Source: Marsupella aquatica (lineage: Eukaryota > Plantae > Marchantiophyta). Taken from it: a DNA stretch of 64,000 nucleotides. Of the stretch, positions 24,076 to 36,000 are shown piece by piece. Under the pieces are notes generated by a model. The model searched no databases, was not told the DNA's origin, and saw only the letters and a program-made list of their open reading frames with translations. The DNA lies in assembly GCA_973895155.1 (NCBI GenBank), contig OZ316897.1:3254111-3318110 (forward strand), given 5' to 3'. A program made the translations under genes and the position numbers. How positions within the stretch are numbered: position 1 is the first letter of the stretch; the number at the start of each line of letters is the position of its first letter.

Positions 24076-27000
24076 CTAACTGGTCCTCCAGCTTGAGTCT
24101 TCATCGACCTGAGAATGCCTTTACTCTTGCCTTGTTGGTCAGCTGAAGCCAAGGCACCTTTCGACTTGTCAGTCTGATGATCGAGATGATCATTAACCAG
24201 CGGCTGACCGTGCTCGTGTAAGAGCTTAGAAGCTTGACTGCTTCCTATGACGGGACATCCTCCGGAGGACACCGTAGCTTGTTGATTCGCTTCATCTGGT
24301 CCTGATGGGCGTGCTGTCGGCGCGAGATCATTGTTAAAGGATTTATGTACCAAGTCGTTCCACTGGGGTGGCAAGGGAGTGCCCGACCGCAAGTAGCCAA
24401 GGAGGTCATGCATAATCGATCTTCCCGTATCGACGGATGACGCTTGCATCGCACTGGTGCCACGAATCATCGCCAGGCTTGTAGGCCCGTGTTTGGGGTT
24501 GAAGTGAATGTCGTCAAATAACGTATCGTCGATGGACTCGTTGAAGGATAGTTCTGCAACATCGATGTATGGGTACAGCTTCTGGTCCCAGACCTTGGTT
24601 GGGTCTTCCACGCTCTCGCGCTCTTTGGGAGAGTCCGGGATAGGATGGAGCTGCAGCTGTAGAATGAACTTCACCCCCTCCGGTAACTCCAATCTCGTTT
24701 TGAAGTCATCTCTCAGGAAGCTCTTAGATCGTTTTGTCATCGTTTGAAGCTGGGTACATTCCACTAATGGGAGGCAATTCTCCTTCCGTGGGCTTCACAG
24801 CACCTGCATCCTCCCCAAAAGCAGTGTCGCTCGGGCGAATCTTGAACTTGACATACATCTTATCTGGTGTGGCTGAATTGGACGACGATGCGCTTGGCAG
24901 GGCCTGGAAGTGGCGAGCAGTGCAGCAGAAGTAATGCATTTCCGCATAGGAGTTTGGTTTCCTCAAATTTCCCCACTGACTGTGCCCCAAGGCCGGAAAT
25001 TGCTTGATCCGCTCATCTCTCTCGGCTTCGGTCATGATGTAGTACCCCAGGAATTCGACCATGTTGCGCGCATGGAATATGGACCCCGTCTTCATGAAGA
25101 GGTCGAGGAGTGGCTTGTTAAGATCGTCCGGGGAGTCGGGTTGCAGAAGTCGTAGTGTTCCTCCTCTGACCTCCGTAGCCCTGTAGTCAAGGAAGAACAT
25201 AATCATCATGTCAATCTTTGTCACCAAAATGGTGCACGAGCAAAGGGAACGATTTCAGGTTTTAGCCACGAAAATAATTGCCGATTGTTTGGTGAGTACC
25301 TGTCATCGTCCTTGGAGACACCGTTACTACAACGAAGGATAATGGGGTACTCCGCTCCGGGAGTGAGAATGTCATGCTTTGGAAATCCACTGGGAAGTTT
25401 GTCCAGCACACGCATAGTTCCTTTCCCAGCTGATCCGAGAAAATGGATGTAGCGCGCGTGGCCAGGTGGGGTCTTCTTCACGAACTCAGCAGCTACACTG
25501 GCAATCATTTGCCGGAAACGTGGATCCAAATCTTTTGCTATAGTCACAAGTGGATGATCCTCGTCTTCCTCGCTCAGTTCATGTTGATCAATCTGCTCCC
25601 AAGAAACAAGAAATCGGCTTAAGATTAGAAACTGGTTGGTTAGACACGTACCGGAGTATGCATTAATCCTATGCAATTCAAGATATAGAAAAGTCATCCA
25701 GATTTCGAGTATGATTTGTTAGCACTTGGGTTGAATGGGCTCATGCATTTATCCCTGTCAGACCAACGCGCGCAGTGGTTTGGCAATGATGCCTTATTAC
25801 CTGAATCATGGCTGGCAATAACTTAATCAACAAGTAAACTGGAGGCTCACCTTTAATCCGACGTGTTTTGAATTTTGTCCCTGGGCACCGGCAGATGAAG
25901 GCTGCTGCTGGAAAATCTTCTTCGGGGTCTTCACACCCACATACACTCCACCCTCCTCCAGAATCGCGCCAGTTGGGGCCACCGACATGGCTCCCAAGAC
26001 TGCTCGGTGCTGTAGAGTGGCTCCAGGCATGACAACGCTTTGGGCCCCCACAACAGAGCGCGCGCCAATCCTCACAGCTCCTAGAGAAACTACGCCACCT
26101 GGACATTTTTGGTACCACGGCTTCTTCAGGAGATTTATCAAAATGATGGAGATTGGAGCACAGGCAGTGTCAGAAAGCTCCTAGGCATCAGATTTGGATC
26201 TACATCAATTGTCCGTTAAATCCAGGAAGAAGCCTTGTTTATTTGAATTACAGGAAGATCATCACCACCGGCTGAACAACTGAAATGTAGAACAAACCTG
26301 GCAAATATTGCGAAGTGATGATCTTGGAAAAGTCTCCCATATGGCACTCTTCTCCGAGATCGAGAAGGTCAGGGTCGACAAGAGCATTCAATCTACGAAT
26401 GGAGGCCATTCGACCCACGTTGGCACCCAGGCTGCGCAAGTACACGCACAGAACTTCTGTGCCCATAAGTAGCACCATGAACTTCTCGTGTGCCGATCTC
26501 AACAAAGAATGGACCAACCATAAGCGATATTGGCAACCTTCGCTGTGACTACTGCTCGCAAGCATGGATCCTTCTTGTAACCTGCGTCGATTGATATAAA
26601 TCAAGTTAGTCATTCCGATAATCATTCGGATAATTGTTACCTACGCAAAGTTCCACACGATTATGGATGTTGACGCACCAGACTAAAGTTTTCATCCACT
26701 ACAGACTGTTGAAATGTCGTCAAATGAAGGAAACGCCACCAACTCAACAGCCCTTCAAGTTTGAACTCTCTTCAAGTAATAGGCTCTCAAAGGTTCAGTG
26801 CTTCCTTCTGGATAGTTCATTAATCAGCTGGAGATACATGTTTTGGTAACCCTGGTTGTGTCCTGCTGTAACTCCGAGTTTCAAATGGCTTAGTAGCTCT
26901 CGTCGCACTGATTCCAGTGTCTTGAAATCTGGGCGGAATGGAAAATCAAGGAGTAGTTCGTGTAATGAAGTAGTTTTTGAGAATAAGATTTGCAAGCTTA

Positions 27001-30000
27001 ATTAAGGATACTGATGTGCCCTATGTTTATCTGATAAATTTCGCGAAGTGTAGCTCTCGAAGATGGTCACGCTGTATCTCTTGATTGTTAAGTTTGTTTG
27101 TCAGGCTAGAAGATAGTGCTAACCTATCCCTTGGGATTGGTCTCTGCAATGGATAAGGCTTTTGAGTATTTTATTTTAGCATAGTTTCTTTTCTTTGTAA
27201 ATTTTTGATGGGTCTATGTATTCATACCACCACTCCTGTTCTTTGGTTTTGGTTGGCCCTCTATGGACCTCTTTCACCTTTGGTTCTTAAAGTTTAGTTT
27301 CGCCCTCTCCTGTCTTCTTGTTTAAACCTTTGTTATTTCTCTTCAATTTATAGGATACTTAAAACTCAATTTGTATTACCTGCCAATGAGTGACCACTTG
27401 AGGACACCAGTTAAAACTGCAAGACTAGCTCCATATACCGCATACGCAACTCCAGAAATGGAAAGAAACACCATCACGTTCCTTTCCCGAGCAACATGCA
27501 GCAGGAGGTTTACAAGCAGGGCTGGATCCGGATACATCATGAGTGGAGCCAAGATCATCAGATACTTTGGGAAAGTTAATAAGAGAGGGAACACGACATA
27601 TCCCAAATGTGCTGATTTCATTACTGCTTTCCTCAACGAAATGTCAGTCACTACTTCCGCTTGGGCTGCGAGCCATTGGAAAGTCGTGTATGCCACCAGA
27701 GCTGAGATGGTCGAGACCAGCCCAACCAGATAAATCCCACTCAGCTGCGCAATAAGCATTGTAAGAGCAGGCGACGTATAGTGCTTCACCTGCAATCCAA
27801 CAGTGAACACCCCCTCTGTTCAATAAGAATTGAGCCAATATCATTTCAATCATTTAAACTGTAACATCCTGGCTTGTAAATTGTTAATTGACTGATCGGT
27901 TACTTTCTTTCTTCGCGGCAACTAACAAGTTCAACAATATATGTCAAAACTCTTTGTATGATAAACAAGAAATCCAATGCAGGAGAATTATTGTAATTTG
28001 GAATTTTGTTTGGATACCTGTTCCCCTTGTCCTGGGCTTGCGAACAGACGTTCCCCGACATCAGTTTTACCCAAGGCACTGATTCTGGAACCAGCATCCA
28101 AGATACTACCTCTTTGGACAACAGCATGGGGGCCCACCACGCACCCTCTACCAATTCTTATACTTTGGAAGGTAACCAACCCTGAATTCACCTCGTGGCT
28201 TTGGATGGTGGCCCCTTCGCCTATCACGGCTCCACTGCCCACCGATAGCAAAGCTGGGTCGGTTATATCGACAGAATCCAGGACCACAGATTCATCGATT
28301 TCGGCTCCAAGAGAGCGATACCAGTATGACAGAAACACTGTGCCTCTCAAATATACAGCAAGGCTATTGGAGGCGAAGTCCTGGAGCCGGTAGAGAGTCC
28401 ACCATCTCACGTAGCTCAAGGACCAGAGTGGGATCGCAGAGGGTTGGGACTTGTGGTTCATAGGAAGCAGCACTCTTGCCCCAAACGACGAGATTACGAA
28501 TCCTACAGCGCCAATGTAGAGAATCCACGCAAGAGGCACCAGAATCGCGGAGAGGAGAACAATGCTTGGGAGATTGTTCTTCAGCTGGTCATTCGGAGCT
28601 ATCACCTCGATGAGCTTTTCATAGATGTAAACGGCTGGGGCTATAAGTAAAGCTCCCATATAGAGTATACCCAAAATCTGCACGTTGAGATGAACGGTTG
28701 AATTGGTCATCTACCCGGAATTTATTTGACTTTTGATACAAATCATTCTCGAGAACAAGGTTAGTAGCAAATGTGATTAGGTACCTTACAGAATTCACTA
28801 TCAAACTGTTGCAATTTTTTGGAAATACATCCTCGGTAGAAAGTCGTTCTTTGTATTTTGATTGTGATGCGAAGATCATGCATGCAAAGGCTGGTTTACC
28901 TGTAGCGCTGTGATTGCTATCTTCCTCTTTCGCGACGGGTCCAGTGCATCTGCTAGCTGCGCCTCGGATATTTCTTCAACTTCCTCTTCATACTCCACTC
29001 TATAAGTACTGGTCAACGGCTGTTCGATTCCACTCAAACCTTGTTTGCTTGTACTCGTCACGAGACGTCTTGCCGTAGCAGGGTTGGAAGATCGCAAACT
29101 ACCGGCACTAGCTGATTCTTCCTTCCCATCCACTCTCGAATCTAGTTTTTTCACAACGTCCTCACAGAAGTCTGCCAGTTCTGGGATACATCCCGTGGTA
29201 TAGATCTGAATCGCAGAAATATGAGTTCCCAAAAACTCTGACAGCTTCGAAGCTGCAGCCACAGTCCCTTGTGAATCAATGCTGTAGTTTTCAAAACTCT
29301 CAGTTATGTTGATTCGGGATCCGGATAGGCCTGTCATCTCCGCCACTAACTGGATCAAAAAACTTGTGATCTGTTCCTTGGTCTTTGTGCGGGTGCTTGC
29401 AACCGCCTGCAGACGTTGTCCGTTTGTTAGATAAAAATGAGAGAAGTACTAGAGTCTGAGTACTTATCGCGGCATTTCCTATCGTTGTCAATCAACAACA
29501 TAAACTTTGTCAAAGCCATATCTAGATAATTATATACAACGTTCACGTCAGAATGTTTGTACTCAAAGGGCTCTAGTGGCGAAGCTAAGCAACATGTACA
29601 CTTCTCGATCTTCGGATCGTCCGGAACACTATTCTCGAGAAAACCAGGATCATCCCTTTACCTGGCTTGGAGAGTGATATGAGCTTCCAGGGGTAATTTG
29701 AGTGCGCCGACGACGAAGACTAGAGTGGGCGCGTATTATAGAGAGATTGGCTGAACCCTTCACCGAAGAGAGAGTCCCTTCGGAAAATCTCTTCAAGCAC
29801 TCAAGCCTTCGAATCTTCCCACTGGTTGTCTTAGGAATAGTGCGCGGTTTGATGAGATTAACGAACGCGACTTGAAGTCCGTGTTGCTCAGAAACAACAG
29901 CTTTGACGTGCGATACAAGGTCGTCAACGGCAAGTTTACGCATCTTCTTTTCGTCTCTCACTTCTACTACGACGACAATCCCGTCTTTCTCGGACGTTAT

Positions 30001-33000
30001 GACCCCTTTAGATTGCAAGACTCTCGCTGGCGCGCTGAATGCTGCACAGCAACCTGAGCAGGCGAGCACACGTCAGAGGGATCTAGCCATGGACTTGAAC
30101 TGCAAACTCGAGAATCACACTTAAGATTTGATCTCTGCAAAGCTGCAGTTGCAATTCACATTCCTGTACGTAGACAACGGTGAGAAGACCGAACATGTCA
30201 TACTGCTCCTATTTCATACGGAAGAGGAAAAGTTTCACGCACCCGGTTTGACGGAATTGGAGCAGTTCTCCACAGTTTTCTCAAAATCGGAAGGATAATA
30301 ATTCCTGCCATTGACTATAATGAGGTCCTTGATCCGCCCAGTGACGAACAAGTTTCCCTCGATCACCCGTCCCAGGTCTCCAGATCTTACGAACAAGATG
30401 TCTGCATCTTCACTCGAGCAACCATTCAGCTGCGCGCGGAACGTCTCCTTCGTCGCTTCTGGCATGTCCCAATAGCCCACGCCATTGCTGGGGCTACTAA
30501 GCCATATTTCCCCTTCCACTCCATCACCCACCTCCTCCAGAGTATCGGGGTTTACAATTCTCACGTCAGAGGCTGAGTCTTGCCAGTCTTCTGCCAGTTT
30601 CCTGCACATTTCGGAGGAAAGGAGAATCGAAGATCATTACTGCCTGAGATACATTCCTGACCATTGTATGAATTTGTAGAGCTTCCTCCGTGCCAATTTG
30701 TTGACATCATTCTACTGTCTAGCAATCACTTTATATAGCTGATACAGCTGTTCAACCAATGGATGGATTGCTCATAACTTCTATAAACTATCGAAAACGC
30801 ATATTTGTCGTGTTGTGTGTTCGGTAGACCTTTACGTACGATTCTTATATCAACAAAAAGCTGAGAACAAGACTGTTCTAAGAATAAAGACTTATTGATC
30901 TAGCTTGGTGACTATAAATTTTGGTTCGAGTATCCTGTTCCACATTCCTTTCGATGATTGATCAGCCATAAATCGTCTCTTCAAAAAATAAACATGCATT
31001 TCATATTCTTATGGCTTTCGTTCTTGGACTATTTTTCACTAAAACAATGTCCTGTATTGAAAAGGAGAACAAGAAAGAGTTCCGTAGTCTCGGACAAGAA
31101 TGAACAGTATCTATTACGGGTAACAGTCAAGTTTCTGGCCACAGAAAGGACATCGGAACTAGAAGTATATAAGGAGCATAGTTTCATCGGATGGGTTGGA
31201 TGCATGGTTTCTGTGACGCACGCAGAGTGAGGATTCGTGCCAGCACGAACGCCCTTCGTCCCTCGGGATTTGTCCGTGTATCCACAACCCACTCTTCCGT
31301 CAGAATCCATCAACATAGGCCTGTTCCGTCCGAACGCACAGCAGATGAAGACACAGTTCTCCGCCATCCCAAATCCCGGGGCGAAGATTTCCTCCCTCAC
31401 TCCTGCGTCCCAGAAGGTCTCTACGAACCCTCGCATTGTTTTCGAGCAAATGGGTTCCGCGCCCACCATCAGGAAGCGCAACGACGAGAGATCTAGAGGC
31501 TTCGCACGGCCGCTCGCCTTGAGCATCTCGTAGCGTTTAAGCACTAGCTCAAATCCAAAATTAGGTGCCGCTGTGTGTGTCGCCTTGTACTTTTCCACCT
31601 GCACATGTCATCATAACACATTAATCAACATTGACAACCTCTGGTGAAAATCATTGTACTTTCACACTGAACTATCATTGCACTTTCAATCTGATGATGA
31701 AGTTAGACAATCAATTGAATCAAGTGCTACAAATCATTAGCGCTCACATCGAATGACTCACTATTTCGAGCCACATCATGGGCTTGCGAATGAAAGTGAT
31801 GGGAGAGTATATAATGAGGGAACCGCCTGTCACCAAGCTGACGAGCAGGCCGCCGATGAGCCCCATGTCGTGATACTGAGGAAGCCAAGACACCACCACC
31901 GCGCGTGATGTGCTCTTGTAGGCTGCGCGCATGGACTTGGTATTGTGGACTAGAGCTCCGTGGGTTATCATCACTCCCTTGGCGTGTCCGGTGGATCCAG
32001 ATGTGAACTGCAGGAAGCACACGTCGTTTAAATCCGGCTGAGGAGCTCCGGATGCACCATATGCGTAGCTATTGACTTCGCTCGTGCTCCCACTCGTGCT
32101 TCTCCGATTCAATTTCAGGACCACTGTATCGTCATCATCAGCCGTTTCCTCTTCTGAACTATTTCCTTGCTCTGCAGATAGACGAACATCGTATGTCACG
32201 TTCTCGTCGCAAGTTGAAGAAGGTAAGTATGCTATTTGGTGTCATGGATTTCTTTGAAGTTTTTCTAGCCAAAAGTTTAGCTAACAAAAATAATTTATCT
32301 GTCCAACGTGACTTGAAGAGAGCCCTTTATGAGTAACTCACCAGATGGACTTCCACTCCTGGTTTGCAGATCGCGCGGGGCTGTTGGCTGACTGCCAGCC
32401 CATACAGTATACATGTTTAGTCCCAAGGATGCCGCGGCCAGTTTAGTCGCCGCCTTCTGGACTAGTGAGGTCCATGGGAGGGAAGCCGCGCGTGGGGTTG
32501 AAATCCGAGAACGGGAGTCATTTAAGCAATTGCTATAAATCCATGGCAAATCCGGCCATTTCAGCTTTGCAGACCTCGAAAATGAGACGGAGTTTGCGGC
32601 CCGAACCACAGAATGATATGCGCGTGTGCTTATGATGGCTCTAGACTTGGTGATCTTCGCCACATTTATAAGTTTCTCTAGAGCCTGATCCCCTCCTTTT
32701 TTGGTCGGATCCGGTGGAATCAATGGCACGGCTAGAATCTGCACAATTCAGACAGAGCTAAAGCTAAGTCAACGTACTAGCTAGAGAGTCACTAAACGGT
32801 GCGTGGTAGAAAATCTACTGCTAAGCTTTTGAAAAATCAATGTGCATCTGATATCGATAAAAAAACTCGAGGATTTTCCAATATGAAGTATGCATATCAA
32901 TTTGATGAAGTGGAATGAAGATGTTCAGACGTACACGGGCTCTTAAGCAGGCAAGAAAAGCTTCGATGAATTCAAGTCCAGGTGGGTGCAACAGCACTAC

Positions 33001-36000
33001 ACGGTCACCAGGTCGCAGAGCAGGTTTCTTGCTTGTCAGCAGATGATGAGCTATGATAGAGGTTCGCGTTTCCAGCTGCGAAAATGTCAGTTTGTAGGAC
33101 TCTTTCCCCTCGTTGTCCAGCCATGTGTACACCAATCGGTCCTTGGTTACTGGGTGGTTCGCGTAATAGGAGAGGTACGCGTCCACTGTGGGCAAATCTG
33201 GGAACTCCACGCCTGGCAACTCAGTGAGATCATTCGGCTGGTAGTTTAAAATCTCTTCTGCTCCGTTCGACAGAAGATACTCCACCAGCCTCTGCATATG
33301 GTATAAAGAAATTTGTTAGACCTTCTACTCAATCCATTCGTGTTCAGAACCCGAACAAAGTTGAAGCATCATGTATAACACCTCTTCCACGAACGTTGCT
33401 TAAACAACCTTCGGTGACATTGCTGTAAAAGTGATTGCGAATGATATGTGAGACTTGAAAGATTCATTCAATGGCATACTTTAACAACGATGGGTTCGGT
33501 GATGGAGCCAAAACACTTTTTCATCAGTCCCGTCGAATAGGTAGTGTTCCGCTCCGTCAATTCAAATGCCATCAATGCCCCCGTGAAGTAGGTGTTGTTC
33601 TTTCCTTGCAACTCTTCTAGCTTGTCATAGAAACCCGCTTTCATATCTGCAAGATCTCCGAGCGATGTCGACTGTGTTAGATTTTCGGGTCCTTCGAATT
33701 ACAGATGTCCTTTTGTATCCAACGTCGACATTAAAAATTTGCCGCATGCATCGTCGATATTTTAGGGAAGGAAGTGAAGTTTCGAAATCAAAAACTCTGA
33801 GCAATATGGTAATGTCTGTGCAACGTACAAACGAGCTGTCCACATGCCATCCTTGGATCCTTACAACAATCACGTCATGCAACTGAACGTCTGAACAAAT
33901 CCAAATTATCCGTAACGCACGGGGTATGATTCTTGGTTAGTGTCGTGAATAAAACCCACGACTGGCTTGACACTTTCTGCTCACGCGTTTAATTCGCAAG
34001 ACACCACGGCCGGAGTATTCCCTTCATTATGCTACAGTCCCAATGCAAGTTGATATACAATAACTGCGTATCGACCAACACTCCAATCAATATTTCCATC
34101 GAAACCTCAGCAAGAACAAGCGGACGCTTTGGAGTTTACGTAAGAGGAAATAGATTACCGTTCGAATAGCGTAGACTTCGTTCGGTCTACTCAATCCATT
34201 CGGTAAAGTAAACTAAAAAGCAGATATGTAGCCGAAATTCATTCAAGAGGTTAAATTATAGATTATTGGAGGGATTCGTACGTAGCTTTTCCTCTAGGAA
34301 CCCAAATCACCAAACCAACCCGTGGCGAGTCAGCAACGAATCTGGTGGGTGAGAGGGATGTGGTAGCTGGGCTATAGGATTCATAACTCTACGGCGCGCC
34401 TGCTAGCAAACGCCCCCAAACAGATCATCACTCTTCATTAACGTCAAGCAGATGGATTCTGTCCATCGATCCCACAGCTTCATTAACGTCAAGCAGATCT
34501 GTCCATGGATCCCACAGCAAGGACGACAATATACACAGAAGAAACATTGACTAAAATCTGCGGGTAGGTACGCACCTGGACTGCGAATGTGAGGGAAATA
34601 ACGCCACTTCCGCTGCAGAATCAAGGTCTCGACGCGCCCGCCCATCTTCTCTACATCTTCATAGAGAAGTTCGGTCACTCGCCGCTGATGCACTTCGGCG
34701 GTTCCGAAAGACCAGAACAGGAATATGTCCGTGTTGGCGTAGAAGCGTTGCATCGCCACAAAGCGCCCCATACTGGCTGGATCGTCCGCGTGCTCGGGGT
34801 AGTAGAACACGGCGGGGATGTCAAGCCCGCTGATCCTAAGTACAGTTGTGTAGTAGTCGATCGTTTCGACCCTTGAGAAGAGCTCTAGCTCCTCTTTCGA
34901 ATAATCGAGTATGCCACTCAGATTCTGAATCTCTGCATACATATACACCAAAGCTGGTGTGAAAAACGAATTCATATACTGTTACCAATATCCAGACTGG
35001 ATACCAGCTAACCTGGCCACTGTAGCTGGTAATCAGGCTACATATAATTTGCAAGATGAAAGAGAGATTTGTTGGCTTGCATAAATCATGACGAATTACA
35101 AAAAGATCATGAGTTGGGAATTGGAACGACCGCGTTGCAAAAACAATGTACTCTACAGTTAAGAGCTGTGCACGTACAATCCAGTCTGCCCAAAATCCAA
35201 ATCCAGTCTAGCTAGAAGTTCGCAAACGTGAATTTGTATTTTACGAGTATGGGATATACAGAGAGATTCGTAGATACCAGGCTTCGAAGCGTCGGAAGAT
35301 CGGTAAATTCGGTTCCCTTTAGGAATGGAAACACTACCAGACATTATAAGCTTGTCAAACTCAAGCGTCAGATTCTTCTGCAGCTCGGCTGCATTATCTG
35401 GGGACGTGTTCGTTGAGGTGGAATCGATCACAGAAATTTGGACCACGTTTCCAGTTCTTTGAATGCCTTGGACCTGCACATTGCAACGCACATCTGGCAG
35501 CAAATTGGCCACCTTCTCCCAGAAACTGCTGTATCCGCCCTTGACCCTCCATGCCTGACCCAAAGAAGAGCGCACAAACTCATGTATGTAAGCGTAAGGC
35601 ATATCTTGCGGGTAGCCATAGCCTGATGCTGTAAACAACGCCGCCACAGCTCTAGGAACTCCCTTTCCAGAGCCGTGAGACTTCAAATACTCTGGGGCAA
35701 GCTCATGGGCTAAACTGCTGACGGCATGTACTCCGAGTTTCCCTGATCCGTTGGCCTGGGCCTGAGTGTCAGTACACAGCAATGACAAGGCTAATCAATA
35801 TAATGCATGAACAAAAACGTACTTTCTTTCTGAGATTATTAGTTGATTACAGGGTCCTTCAAACAAGATGTACTCCCGGAAGGCGTACAAGGCGTACGGC
35901 CCCATGTTGCTTGATACATCAAATTCGAGACTGAAAATTATTTTCAGTATCGAAACCAAGGCGGATATGCATACAGATTCAAAGTAAGAAAGTCTGGACC

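Noticed and set aside
23595-24146. 183-aa plus-strand ORF and other antisense ORFs over real exons (e.g. 50323-50934, 8126-8566)
   Set aside because: Shadow frames of genuine coding exons on the opposite strand.
24745-24760. Micro-intron (gtacccag) as an explanation for the frameshift
   Set aside because: Eight nucleotides is far below spliceosomal intron size and would not restore the frame; a single-base deletion does.
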